A stretch of DNA of 54,023 bases, taken from positions 1 through 54,023 of the forward strand of contig JACQGN010000114.1 in the NCBI GenBank assembly GCA_016199545.1, read 5' to 3'. Positions 1 to 8,258 of the stretch are shown piece by piece. A program made the translations under genes and the position numbers. The notes below the pieces were generated by a model. The model saw nothing but the letters and a program-made list of their open reading frames with translations, was not told the DNA's origin and did not search any database. The first letter of the stretch is position 1. Every line of letters starts with the position of its first letter. The stretch comes from Betaproteobacteria bacterium (lineage in GTDB: Bacteria > Pseudomonadota > Gammaproteobacteria > Burkholderiales > SG8-41).

Positions 1-35
1 GCGCGGTTGGGTGAGCCGAAAGCTCGTAACAGGTC

Positions 36-257
36 GTGAGCTCGCGAGACTCATCGCCGATCTCTCGACGACGGTTGATCTACATCAACATATCGTGCCG
101 ACGAGCGACCTATGTTGTGAGTCGAGCGAAACAGGGGAACGCCATCATGTACAAGCGCATCCTCGTGCTCGGCAGTGTTGCGGAGGGCGTGCTTCGCCGC
201 GCGACGGCGCCGGTATTGCTGCTGCGTCCTGCGGCATCCGAAACGGGGTTGACTTGA
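36..257 (+). pseudogene. Universal stress protein (UspA-like) C-terminal fragment
   Basis: The 73-codon ORF ends in ...GSVAEGVLRRATAPVLLLRP, which matches the conserved C-terminal motif of Usp domains. In-frame stops at 12-14 and 27-29 leave only about half a domain, so this is a fragment or pseudogene. Confidence 0.3.
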
Positions 258-332
258 ATCAATATCCCGCGTCCTCGGGTCCATTAGCCTGTCTGGCAAG
301 TCCAGGTCCACTTTAGACGACGAGGCGATACG

Positions 333-584
333 ATGCCCACGAAAAATCCGCTACCCCAGGTTGGCGCTCCCGATCCCGAACACAAGACTTCACCGATCGT
401 GGACGAGGACGATGAACTGTCGCTCGATCTTGAACTGGAGACCGGTGCGTGCTACTTCAACGGGGTGGCCTATCGGATGGGCCAATACGTGCGCAGCGGC
501 AGCGAGCTCCTGCACTGCGAGGAGCGCGGCGTCTGGGTGCGCAAGGGTGAAATGCGGCCGGAGCAGGCCAGGGAGGCAATATGA
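333..584 (+). CDS. Hypothetical small protein (83 aa)
   Basis: The ORF has an acidic N-terminal half, and its stop overlaps the next gene's start (ATGA at 581-584), suggesting translational coupling. No family recognised. Confidence 0.5.
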   Translation: MPTKNPLPQVGAPDPEHKTSPIVDEDDELSLDLELETGACYFNGVAYRMGQYVRSGSELLHCEERGVWVRKGEMRPEQAREAI

Positions 585-1054
585 GCATCAGTACTCTCGC
601 TCAACGTGTCGTGGTGACGATCCACCGGCAGGCGACCACCGAGGACGCGGCAAGCTTGATGCGCAGCAGCCATATCGGCGACGTCGTTGTCGTGGACGCA
701 GCCAACACCCGCGTGCCCGTGGGCATGATTACTGATCGCGACATCGTCGTCAAGGTCATCGCCCAGGGCCTCATCCCGGCGCAGACACCGGTCGGCAGCG
801 TCATGAGCAGCCCCGTGCTTACGCTGCGGGAGGAGGACGGGTTCATCGAGGCGCTGGACAAGATGTCGGCGCACGGTGTGCGACGCGCGCCGGTCGTGGA
901 CCGGGACGGGAACCTGCGCGGCCTGATTTCGGTCGATGACCTGGTGCCGCTGCTCGCCCGCGAGCTGGCCAAGATCGGCGCGCTGATCCGGCATGGGCAG
1001 GCCGCTGAGATACAGAAGACCGAGCATTCGTTAAGTGACGAGTTCGCGACCTGA
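581..1054 (+). CDS. CBS domain pair protein
   Basis: Two CBS-like repeats are present (...HIGDVVVVD...GMITDRDIVVKV... and ...HGVRRAPVVDRDGNLRGLISVDDLV...). Confidence 0.85.
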   Translation: MSISTLAQRVVVTIHRQATTEDAASLMRSSHIGDVVVVDAANTRVPVGMITDRDIVVKVIAQGLIPAQTPVGSVMSSPVLTLREEDGFIEALDKMSAHGVRRAPVVDRDGNLRGLISVDDLVPLLARELAKIGALIRHGQAAEIQKTEHSLSDEFAT

Positions 1055-1114
1055 GTGATCGCAACATCCGAGCAGATGACTCCAGGTGGAGCCGCGTGAT
1101 CTTGTCAGAGGGTT

Positions 1115-2140
1115 TCAGGCGACGGCCGGCATCACTTCGCGAGCGAAGAGTTCCATCGAGCGCAGCACGCGCGCCTGGTCGAGGTCGCCGAACCAGAAGC
1201 TGCAATTGAAGTGCGAGATGCCCACGAGTTCGCGCACGCGCTGGATCTGGCGGATCACCGTGTCGGGCGTCCCGATGATCAGATAGCGGTCGAGGAGTTC
1301 GTCGATGGTGGGCTCGGTCTTAGCCGGCACCGGAATGGCGTTGCCACGATCGACTTGCTCGTAGTTGTTGCGCAGGCTCAGCGTCACCCGCATGTTCCAG
1401 AGCGCCTGCTCGGCGGCTTCGCGCGCATCGGCTGCGTCCTTCGTAACGTACACCGCCCGCTGCACGCCGATGAGCGGCTGCTGCGCCGGCTTCATGTCGG
1501 CATTCATGCGCTTGACGTGCTGGCCGAATTCGGCGAGCCGCTCCACAGGGATGCCAAATCCGCCGGTGAGCACGTTGAAGCCGCGGCGCACCGCTGCTTC
1601 CAGCGCATACTGACTCTGCGCCGTGATCCAGATCGGCGGATGCGGTTTCTGCAGCGGCTGGGGAAAAAGCGAGGTCTCGGGAATCTTGAAGAGCTTGCCC
1701 TCGTAGCTGAAGGGCCGTCCCTCGAACGATTTCTGGAGAATGTCGATCGATTCCTCCCACCGCTGGCCGCCGGAATCGAGCTGCAGCCCGAAGCGCTCGA
1801 ACTCGTAGCGCTGATAGCCGCGCCCGAGCCCGATATCGAGCCGCCCGCCGCTCACCACGTCGAGCGTGGCGATTTCCTCGGCGATCACCAGCGGATGGTG
1901 CAGCGGAACCACGACGACCGCCGTGCCTACCCGCAGCTTCGTCGTCTTCGCGGCAATGTAGCTCGCGAGCTGCAACGGGCGGGACAGATAGCCGTAGGTC
2001 GAGAAGTGATGCTCGGCCAGCCACACGTTGCGATAGCCGAGGGTTTCGGCGGCCTGCGCCTGCTCGAGCGCGCGCGCGTAGATCTCCTGCGAGGAGCGCG
2101 CCGACGGCGACTGCATGAGAAGGAAAGTTCCGATGTCCAT
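1115..2140 (-). CDS. LLM-class (luciferase-like) flavin-dependent oxidoreductase
   Basis: MDIGTFLLMQ...GYRNVWLAEHHFSTYGYLSRPL...GGRLDIGLGRGY is typical of luciferase-like monooxygenases. I chose the start at ATG 2140 (GAGAGG 6 nt upstream); the longer ORF to 2257 runs into a repeat element. Confidence 0.85.
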   Translation of the reverse strand: MDIGTFLLMQSPSARSSQEIYARALEQAQAAETLGYRNVWLAEHHFSTYGYLSRPLQLASYIAAKTTKLRVGTAVVVVPLHHPLVIAEEIATLDVVSGGRLDIGLGRGYQRYEFERFGLQLDSGGQRWEESIDILQKSFEGRPFSYEGKLFKIPETSLFPQPLQKPHPPIWITAQSQYALEAAVRRGFNVLTGGFGIPVERLAEFGQHVKRMNADMKPAQQPLIGVQRAVYVTKDAADAREAAEQALWNMRVTLSLRNNYEQVDRGNAIPVPAKTEPTIDELLDRYLIIGTPDTVIRQIQRVRELVGISHFNCSFWFGDLDQARVLRSMELFAREVMPAVA

Positions 2141-2218
2141 GGTCAGCCTCTCGGCGCACGTCATGACAAATGCTTCGGTGGCATCAGGTAGTGCGCCGCG
2201 CAACTTGGCCTGAAACCT

Positions 2219-2310
2219 GTCATTGCGAGTAAAACGAAGCAGTCCCGTTGCTGGCAACGTAACCGCGCCCGCCGCGGGATCGCTTCGTCAGCGAGCTTCC
2301 TCGCGATGAC
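2219..2310. repeat. Nested-palindrome REP/MITE-like element (GTCATTGCGAG ... CTCGCGATGAC), copy 1
   Basis: It has 11-bp terminal inverted repeats plus an internal inverted repeat (ACGAAGCAGTC / GATCGCTTCGT). By hand alignment it is about 85% identical to the reverse complement of 3997-4086. Confidence 0.8.
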
Positions 2311-2343
2311 ACCGACTGCCTGTCAGCGGTTTGTTACGCTCGA

Positions 2344-2748
2344 TCACGATGCAAGCGCGAACATCGGCACCGACGCGCCGCCTTCGGTTTTCCGGAAGAC
2401 CACCTTCACCTTCTGCCCGATCCGGATCGTGTCGAGATCGCAGTCGACGATGTTGGTCATCATCTTCACGCCCTCGTCGAGCGTCACGTAGGCAATGCAG
2501 TAGGGAACGGGGCCGCCGCGGCGCGTCACGCTATAGGTGTAGATCTCGCCGGTGCCTTTTGCCTGCACCCACTCGACCTTGTCGCTGAAGCAGTGCGGGC
2601 AGAGGCCGCGCGGGTAGTGGTGGTACTCGCCGCAATCCCTGCATTTCTTGAGCATCAACTTGCCCTCGGCCGCGGCGTCGAAGTAGGGCTGGTCGCCGGG
2701 ATTCAATGCCGGGTCGCGGAGTTTTCTTTCCTGGTATGGGGTGGCCAT
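2344..2748 (-). CDS. Zn-ribbon / OB-fold protein (DUF35 family)
   Basis: It has the CxxC...CxxC ribbon (CRDCGEYHHYPRGLCPHC) followed by an OB-fold-like C-terminus, and it sits immediately downstream of a thiolase-like gene, the usual pairing. Confidence 0.85.
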   Translation of the reverse strand: MATPYQERKLRDPALNPGDQPYFDAAAEGKLMLKKCRDCGEYHHYPRGLCPHCFSDKVEWVQAKGTGEIYTYSVTRRGGPVPYCIAYVTLDEGVKMMTNIVDCDLDTIRIGQKVKVVFRKTEGGASVPMFALAS

Positions 2749-2752
2749 CGTG

Positions 2753-3919
2753 TTACTCCCTTTCCATGATCAATGTGGCGCTGCCGTGCCGGTGCCCGAG
2801 GGCGCCGCCGGTGCCGTGCGCGAGCGCGAGGTCACAGTTTTTCACCTGGACTTTGGGGTGTGCTTCCCCGCGCAACTGGCGCACGGCCTCGATGATCTTG
2901 GTCATGCCGCCGCGGTTCGCCGGGTGGTTGTTGCACAGCCCGCCGCCGTCGGTGTTGAACGGAAACTTTCCGCTGCCGGAGATGAGGTTGCCGTCGGCGA
3001 CGAATTTTCCGCCTTCGCCTTTCTTGCAGAATCCGAGATCCTCGATCTGCATCACGACCGTGATCGTGAAGCTGTCGTAGATCGACGCGTACTTGATGTC
3101 GGAGGGCTTGATACCCGCTTCCTCGAACGCCCGCGGACCGGTCCACACCGCGCCTGAATAGCTGAGATCGACCTTGCCGCCCATCTGGCCCTTCGTCGTC
3201 TCGCCCGCGCCGGTGATTTTCACCAGCGGGCGCTTGAGCTTCTTCGCGATCTCGGGCCGCGCCACGATCACCGCACCGCCGCCGTCGCTCACGACGCAGC
3301 AGTCGAGGCGATGCAGAGGGTCGGAAATCATCGGCGAGTTGACCACTTCCTCGACCGTCACCAGGTTACGGAGCATCGCGTTGGGGTTGTGCTGGGCGTG
3401 GTGCGAGGCCGCGACCTTCACCCAGGCGAGCTGTTCGCTGGTGGTGCCGTACTCATGCATGTGGCGCATCGCCACCATCGCGTAGAGATTCACCGTCACC
3501 GGGCTGTATGGCATCTCGTACGGGGCATCGGGGAGGTTCACGCCGCGGTCCCGCACTTGCGTGCCGGAACTTCCTTCCGAGTTAGGGCGGCCGGCGAGCG
3601 TCACCAGCGCGATGTTGCACTTCCCCGCCGCGATCGCCTGCGCCGCGTGGGCGACGTGGACCAGATACGAACAGCCGCCCATGTCCGTGGAGTCCACGTG
3701 GCGGAGCTTCAGGTTCATGTAGTTGGCCATGCTCCAGACATTGGCCCCGGGGGCGTCGCCGGCGCAGAAGTAGCCGTCGATATCGTCCTTCTTGAGACCC
3801 GCGTCCTCCAACGCCCCCTTGGCGACCTCGGCGTGGATCTGCGCGACCGATTTGTCGGGCGCTTTTCTGAGCGGATGCTCGTAAGCGCCCACGATGCAGG
3901 CTTTGCCTTTGATGCTCAT
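2753..3919 (-). CDS. Thiolase-like protein (SCP-x / non-specific lipid-transfer type acetyl-CoA acetyltransferase family)
   Basis: MSIKGKACIVGAYEHP...GGCSY...FNTDGGGLCNNHPANRGGMTKIIE...HGTGGALG has a thiolase-fold pattern. The start is ATG 3919 with AAGGGA upstream. Confidence 0.85.
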   Translation of the reverse strand: MSIKGKACIVGAYEHPLRKAPDKSVAQIHAEVAKGALEDAGLKKDDIDGYFCAGDAPGANVWSMANYMNLKLRHVDSTDMGGCSYLVHVAHAAQAIAAGKCNIALVTLAGRPNSEGSSGTQVRDRGVNLPDAPYEMPYSPVTVNLYAMVAMRHMHEYGTTSEQLAWVKVAASHHAQHNPNAMLRNLVTVEEVVNSPMISDPLHRLDCCVVSDGGGAVIVARPEIAKKLKRPLVKITGAGETTKGQMGGKVDLSYSGAVWTGPRAFEEAGIKPSDIKYASIYDSFTITVVMQIEDLGFCKKGEGGKFVADGNLISGSGKFPFNTDGGGLCNNHPANRGGMTKIIEAVRQLRGEAHPKVQVKNCDLALAHGTGGALGHRHGSATLIMERE

Positions 3920-3996
3920 ATGTTCGTCCCTTTGAATTGAAGTCGGCTCAACGCACGTCATTGCAGCGAAGAAGTTTGTGCAAAAACCCGTACTGT

Positions 3997-4086
3997 GTCA
4001 TTGCGAGGAACGGCAGCGACGAAGCAATCTCGCGGCGGGCGCGGTTACGTTGCTTGCAACGAGATTGCTTCGTGCCTCGCAATGAC
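3997..4086. repeat. Nested-palindrome REP/MITE-like element (GTCATTGCGAGG ... CCTCGCAATGAC), copy 2
   Basis: It has perfect 12-bp terminal inverted repeats and an internal 13-bp inverted repeat (CGAAGCAATCTCG / CGAGATTGCTTCG). Its orientation is inverted relative to copy 1. A partial half-site GTCATTGCAGCGAAG lies at about 3957. Confidence 0.8.
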
Positions 4087-4122
4087 GGACAGCCATCTTG
4101 CTACACAGACTCGTACGCCATA

Positions 4123-5349
4123 ATGAGATACGCGGTACCGGCCGAATTGACTGCTTTGCATACCGCACCAACCATCAATGATACAAGTATTTTGAACGCA
4201 AACGCGTCCGCATCGCGGACTCCGCTTTATCTCACGTTTTCGCTGATGCTGTTCGGGTTCAGCAGCATCGGCTCCGCACGCGTCACGTTTTCACTCTACG
4301 CGCTCGAGTTGGGCGCCTCCGCCTCTGCGGTGGGGGTGCTCGTGGGCCTGCTCTACGTTTTTCCGCTGTTCATCTCGTGGCCGGTCGGTCGCTATGCCGA
4401 TCACGTCGGCTCGCGCGGGTTGCTCCTTATCGGCGCCGCCTGCGGCGCGGTCGCCATGCTGATCCCGTATTTCGTGCGGGAACTGGCGGCGCTCTACGTT
4501 GCGTCGATGCTGATGGGCATGTCGTTCACGCTCTACAACGTGCTCCTGCCGAACATCGTGGGCCTGCTGAGCGAGGCGCACGAACGCCCGCGAAACTTCA
4601 GCAATGCAAGCCTTGTGGGTTCGATCACGATGTTCGCGGGGCCGCTCCTGGCGGGGATTGCGATCGATCTCGCGGGCCATGCGCTGGCATGCCTTTACCT
4701 GGTGGCGCTGTCGGCGTCGGCCGGCGTGCTGCTCATCGCGTGGGGCTGGATGCTGCCCGGTGGCAGCCGGCAGCCTCGGTCGGGAGGCGGGATTCGGGAC
4801 GCGCTGACTGACCCCCCGATGGTGCGGGCGCTCGCGACGAGCGGCCTGGTGCAGGTGGGGCAGGATTTGTATCAGTTCTACATTCCCGTTTACGGCCACG
4901 GGCTCGGCCTTCCGGCTTCGGCTATCGGCGCGCTGCTCGCAACGCTCGCGGTGGCGTCGTTCCTCGTGCGCATCACTCTTCCCCGGCTTATGGCAAGGTT
5001 TGGTGAGGAACGGGTGCTTGTCGTCTCGTTCTATCTTTCAGCCGCGGGGTTCGCGCTGGTGCCGTTCTTCGAAAGCATTGCGGTGCTGGCGGTGGTGTCG
5101 TTCGCGTTCGGACTCGGCGTGGGCTGCGGCCAGCCGATCACGACGCTCCAGATCTTCAGTCGTTCCGCGGAGGGCCGTTCGGGCGAGATGCAGGGGCTGC
5201 GGCAGAGCGTGAACAATGCCATGCGCGTGAGCGGTCCGGTCGTGTTTGGATTCGTCGCGACGGCCTTCGGCTTGCCCCCGGTATTCTGGATCAGCGCGCT
5301 CATGATGGGCGGGGGCGGCATCCTGTCGCGCCCGCGGCGCAACAAGTGA
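4123..5349 (+). CDS. MFS transporter
   Basis: About 12 hydrophobic segments with an MFS-like loop (GRYADHVGSRG). I chose the start at ATG 4123 because the upstream part of the 470-aa ORF is just translated repeat element. Confidence 0.8.
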   Translation: MRYAVPAELTALHTAPTINDTSILNANASASRTPLYLTFSLMLFGFSSIGSARVTFSLYALELGASASAVGVLVGLLYVFPLFISWPVGRYADHVGSRGLLLIGAACGAVAMLIPYFVRELAALYVASMLMGMSFTLYNVLLPNIVGLLSEAHERPRNFSNASLVGSITMFAGPLLAGIAIDLAGHALACLYLVALSASAGVLLIAWGWMLPGGSRQPRSGGGIRDALTDPPMVRALATSGLVQVGQDLYQFYIPVYGHGLGLPASAIGALLATLAVASFLVRITLPRLMARFGEERVLVVSFYLSAAGFALVPFFESIAVLAVVSFAFGLGVGCGQPITTLQIFSRSAEGRSGEMQGLRQSVNNAMRVSGPVVFGFVATAFGLPPVFWISALMMGGGGILSRPRRNK

Positions 5350-5354
5350 ACCCC

Positions 5355-5475
5355 GGCTGACTCCCCTCCTTTTCAAGGAGGGGTGGCCCGTAGGGCCGGG
5401 GTGGTTTAAAGCGGAGGCTCGCATGCCCACCACTCCGTCGCTTCGCCTCACCCCTCCTCAACGAGGAGAGGAGCT
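5355..5475. repeat. GC-rich REP-like palindrome cluster
   Basis: Three hairpins are visible: CCCCTCCTT-TTC-AAGGAGGGG (5363-5383), GGCCC-GTA-GGGCC, and CCTCCTC-AAC-GAGGAG. The cluster is directly downstream of the MFS stop and may also act as a terminator. Confidence 0.5.
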
Positions 5476-5823
5476 CATCTCGTTTCGTGCTTCATGTATT
5501 CCTATAACGTTTCCGATCAGCGACCGCAATGAAGCGGTCCGCTGCATGGGTTGGGCGTCAATGTTATCGTCGCAGGCCCGCGCATTACCGAAGTTGCCCG
5601 CGCACAATCTCAAGGAGCGCCGTCAACTCGGACGTCATGGGTTCAGCGCCGGGAGAGACAATGCCGTAAACATCGGTTGGCCGCCTGCGCCGTAAGTGAG
5701 CCAGTGCCGGTGTTTGATTCCATTCCTATGACGCCCAACGTCTTGGTGAGCGGCAGGCCAGCGCAGACGAAAGAAGTGGCACGGAGCATATGGCCCGTCC
5801 GCTCGACCTAAAGTTTGTACCGC

Positions 5824-6441
5824 TCAAACGACTGATTGTTGGCTAATTTCAACTTGCGTCACGTTAGTAAGTGCGATGTGATTAACTGTCCAAATCCGAC
5901 CGCCTGGAGCATTGTAGCGTGCGTCGAAACTCCGTACCGAGGCAACGGTTAGCCACTCGTCAAATGGGAACTGGTCGAAGTCATGTTGGTCCTCAATAAG
6001 ACCTATGAACATGGGTTGATTAGTCACGCCACGACCCGAAATGAAACTCATGATTCGAACAAAAAAGCCGAAGATGGAAAATATTGGGCCGGAGCCAACG
6101 GTCTCATGTTTCAGGGACCTCAAGAATTTGACGCGCATTCCAGGAGAGATGATTTCTGTAATCGGAAGCCTTTTTCTTGTCAGTACCCGTTGAAGGCGGC
6201 TAAATGGTTCAAGGCACGATGATGACTTTTTCACTCCAACTCTGGCGAATCTCCCGCTATCGTCAAGATATTGCTCACCCCACCCTAGAGCCCCCAGGTG
6301 TTGTCGCATTGATATTTCTGAATTCTTGTACATGTCTAAATCCCGAAGCCTAACGCTTTGGTGAGCCGCGCCAGACTCGGACAGAACCGCGAAGCGCCGC
6401 CGTCGGGTCACGGCGTCGGCTCGAGCAAAGAGTGTTCTCAT
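5824..6441 (-). CDS. Hypothetical protein (205 aa, unknown family) in low-GC cassette
   Basis: The ORF start overlaps the upstream gene's stop (ATGA, 6438-6441). Most of the gene is markedly AT-richer than its surroundings. An alternative start is Met37 (6333). No motif recognised. Confidence 0.5.
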   Translation of the reverse strand: MRTLFARADAVTRRRRFAVLSESGAAHQSVRLRDLDMYKNSEISMRQHLGALGWGEQYLDDSGRFARVGVKKSSSCLEPFSRLQRVLTRKRLPITEIISPGMRVKFLRSLKHETVGSGPIFSIFGFFVRIMSFISGRGVTNQPMFIGLIEDQHDFDQFPFDEWLTVASVRSFDARYNAPGGRIWTVNHIALTNVTQVEISQQSVV

Positions 6442-6833
6442 GAGGCATCACGTTTCCACTTCTCTTCGAATTCCTTTGCTTTTCTTAACTGAAATTTGGT
6501 TGCCTTTTTTTTGAAAAAGAGAAAATAGCAAAGTAAAAACAGGGCAAGGAATCCCAGAAGAAACAGACCAGCCGCGTCCCACTTATAGTTGTTTGCCCCC
6601 AACCATTGAAGCACAAAGCCCACGATGAGTAATGCGGTGCCGGTTATTCCGTCCGTTCTTGTCTCAATTCCCGCTTCAAGCACACCTGCGTTCCCGCCGT
6701 AGAACGTTTGGCTATTAAGAAAAAATGCTGATATTTTCGTGGAAAAAAACGCGTAGCCCAAAATTGATACGCCAATCCCATCATAAACGAGACCAACTGA
6801 ATTCAGATCAAGCAAGTTGTTCATATTGAACAC
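6438..6833 (-). CDS. Small integral membrane protein (131 aa, about 3 TM, basic/acidic C-terminal tail)
   Basis: The hydrophobic segments are GLVYDGIGVSILGYAFF, GITGTALLIVGFVLQWLG and AAGLFLLGFLALFLLCYFLFF, followed by KKKATKFQLRKAKEFEEKWKRD. GC is about 40% by eye. Confidence 0.6.
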   Translation of the reverse strand: MFNMNNLLDLNSVGLVYDGIGVSILGYAFFSTKISAFFLNSQTFYGGNAGVLEAGIETRTDGITGTALLIVGFVLQWLGANNYKWDAAGLFLLGFLALFLLCYFLFFKKKATKFQLRKAKEFEEKWKRDAS

Positions 6834-6881
6834 TAACGTTCCCGATGATGCGCTGCGGAGCAGTCACAATCGACCGGGCGG

Positions 6882-7151
6882 TTAGGTGCTGGATCGCGCC
6901 ACCAGTGGGAACTTCTCGGGGTGGCGGATGGATTCGACGGCCAGATCCACATCAAGGTCGGGCCAGTAGAGATGATGCGGTTGAGGACGCTCGACATTCG
7001 TGAGCTTGGCGATCGGAGCGTCCTTGAACCAGGGAAACGCCGAAAAAGGCACAAACAACTCCTCGGTCCCCAGCATCAGCCAGAAACCGTGAGTCGAGAC
7101 GTTCGTGACCTCAACTTCCGAAGTGCTTGCGCCAGGCAGCACGGATGTCAT
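6882..7151 (-). CDS. DUF2442 domain protein (putative antitoxin-like partner)
   Basis: ...VEVTNVSTHGFWLMLGTEELFVPFSAFPWFKDA... matches the DUF2442 pattern. It is paired with and overlaps the upstream DUF4160 gene. Confidence 0.75.
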   Translation of the reverse strand: MTSVLPGASTSEVEVTNVSTHGFWLMLGTEELFVPFSAFPWFKDAPIAKLTNVERPQPHHLYWPDLDVDLAVESIRHPEKFPLVARSST

Positions 7152-7368
7152 TTTCGTGTCTCCGGATCAACCCTTCCGCCGCCCGAATCTGGCGGTCGTT
7201 CAGGCCGTAATTCTGCGCCAGTTCGATCAAGGGCTCAAGCCAGAACTTCGCTTCCCCGTCCGCGTGATACACGTGCACGTGGAGCCGGGACTCCTCGCGC
7301 GAGAAGAAAAAGAAGCGAAATCCATCCTCGCGAAAGATCGTCGGGCTCACGAGATGTTCGTCCAGCAC
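7111..7368 (-). CDS. DUF4160 domain protein (putative toxin-like partner)
   Basis: ...FRFFFFSREESRLHVHVYHADGEAKFWLEP... is the DUF4160 signature (H-x-H followed by AKFWL). Confidence 0.75.
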   Translation of the reverse strand: MLDEHLVSPTIFREDGFRFFFFSREESRLHVHVYHADGEAKFWLEPLIELAQNYGLNDRQIRAAEGLIRRHENDIRAAWRKHFGS

Positions 7369-7387
7369 CTAACGCCTGTTACGCGCT

Positions 7388-7729
7388 CTAAGGCAGATCG
7401 TATCTCACTGCGACGGCGGCGCTGGCGATCACTGCCATATCATGGTTGCCTTCGGCGGGCACGTCCAATCCGCCCTTGACGAGTTTTACCGTGACCTTTC
7501 CATGCGGCAGGCTGGCTTTGACCTTCGCGGCATCGACCTGGTCCGGGCGCTGCACGCCGATCGTAACCTCAACTTGCGTTGCTCTCGAATCGAGGCCGAG
7601 CGAGCGTAGCCAGCTCATGGACGAGTGATGCAGCGCATCCTCGACCGCGCGCAGCGCGGCCTTGGTGTAGTCGGCACCGTGCAGATCGTTGCCGGCGCCC
7701 ATTTCCAGTATGACTCGTTTCAGTGGCAT
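7388..7729 (-). CDS. Lin0512-family protein (function unknown), paralog 1
   Basis: MPLKRVILEMGAGNDLHGADYTKAALRAVEDAL... resembles the Lin0512 family N-terminus (xxEMGMGxDxHGxDxTKAAxRAVxDA). Confidence 0.7.
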   Translation of the reverse strand: MPLKRVILEMGAGNDLHGADYTKAALRAVEDALHHSSMSWLRSLGLDSRATQVEVTIGVQRPDQVDAAKVKASLPHGKVTVKLVKGGLDVPAEGNHDMAVIASAAVAVRYDLP

Positions 7730-7741
7730 CGCGCTGCTCCT

Positions 7742-8080
7742 CTACACATCAAGGCGGACGACGGCCGCTGCGTGCGCGAGCACGGTCGAGCCGGTGCCGG
7801 CGTCGTTCGGAATTTCCAGGCCGCCTTCGACCACCTTCACCGTTCCAGTACCATGCGGCAGCACCGCAAGCACCTCGTCCTTGTTGACCCGTTCGGGTTT
7901 CGGAACGCCGATCAGGACTTCCACGACCATGGAGTCGGTTGGCTTTCCCAGCGCCGCGGCGACATTGAGCGAGTTGTGCCAGAGCGCGTCACGCAACGCC
8001 CGCACCGCGGCCTTGGTGTAATCGGCGCCGCGTATGTCCGTGCCCATGCCGATCTCCGTCACCATGCGTTTCATGGTCAT
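7742..8080 (-). CDS. Lin0512-family protein (function unknown), paralog 2
   Basis: MTMKRMVTEIGMGTDIRGADYTKAAVRALRDAL... has the same pattern. The start is ATG 8080, preceded by AGGAGG. The longer 311-aa ORF is an R/P-rich extension that overlaps the divergent gene. Confidence 0.7.
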   Translation of the reverse strand: MTMKRMVTEIGMGTDIRGADYTKAAVRALRDALWHNSLNVAAALGKPTDSMVVEVLIGVPKPERVNKDEVLAVLPHGTGTVKVVEGGLEIPNDAGTGSTVLAHAAAVVRLDV

Positions 8081-8258
8081 AGCCGTTTCCTCCTGTGATC
8101 TGCGATCCTGATGTCTGACCGACATGTTACTCCGGCCTGAACGCAACGTGTATGGCTCGACCGTGGAGTGGCGTCGCCCTGCCGGGTGTTTCATGCACGG
8201 ACGCTGATAGAATCCCCGTATCGGAGCGGAACGCAGGACCGGGGAAACAGGGGAAACA

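Noticed and set aside
3937-4122. N-terminal 62-codon extension of the MFS ORF
   Set aside because: The extension is a translation of the GTCATTGCGAG repeat element (…CVIARNGSDEAISRRARLRCLQRDCFVPRNDG…). The MFS-like sequence begins after ATG 4123.
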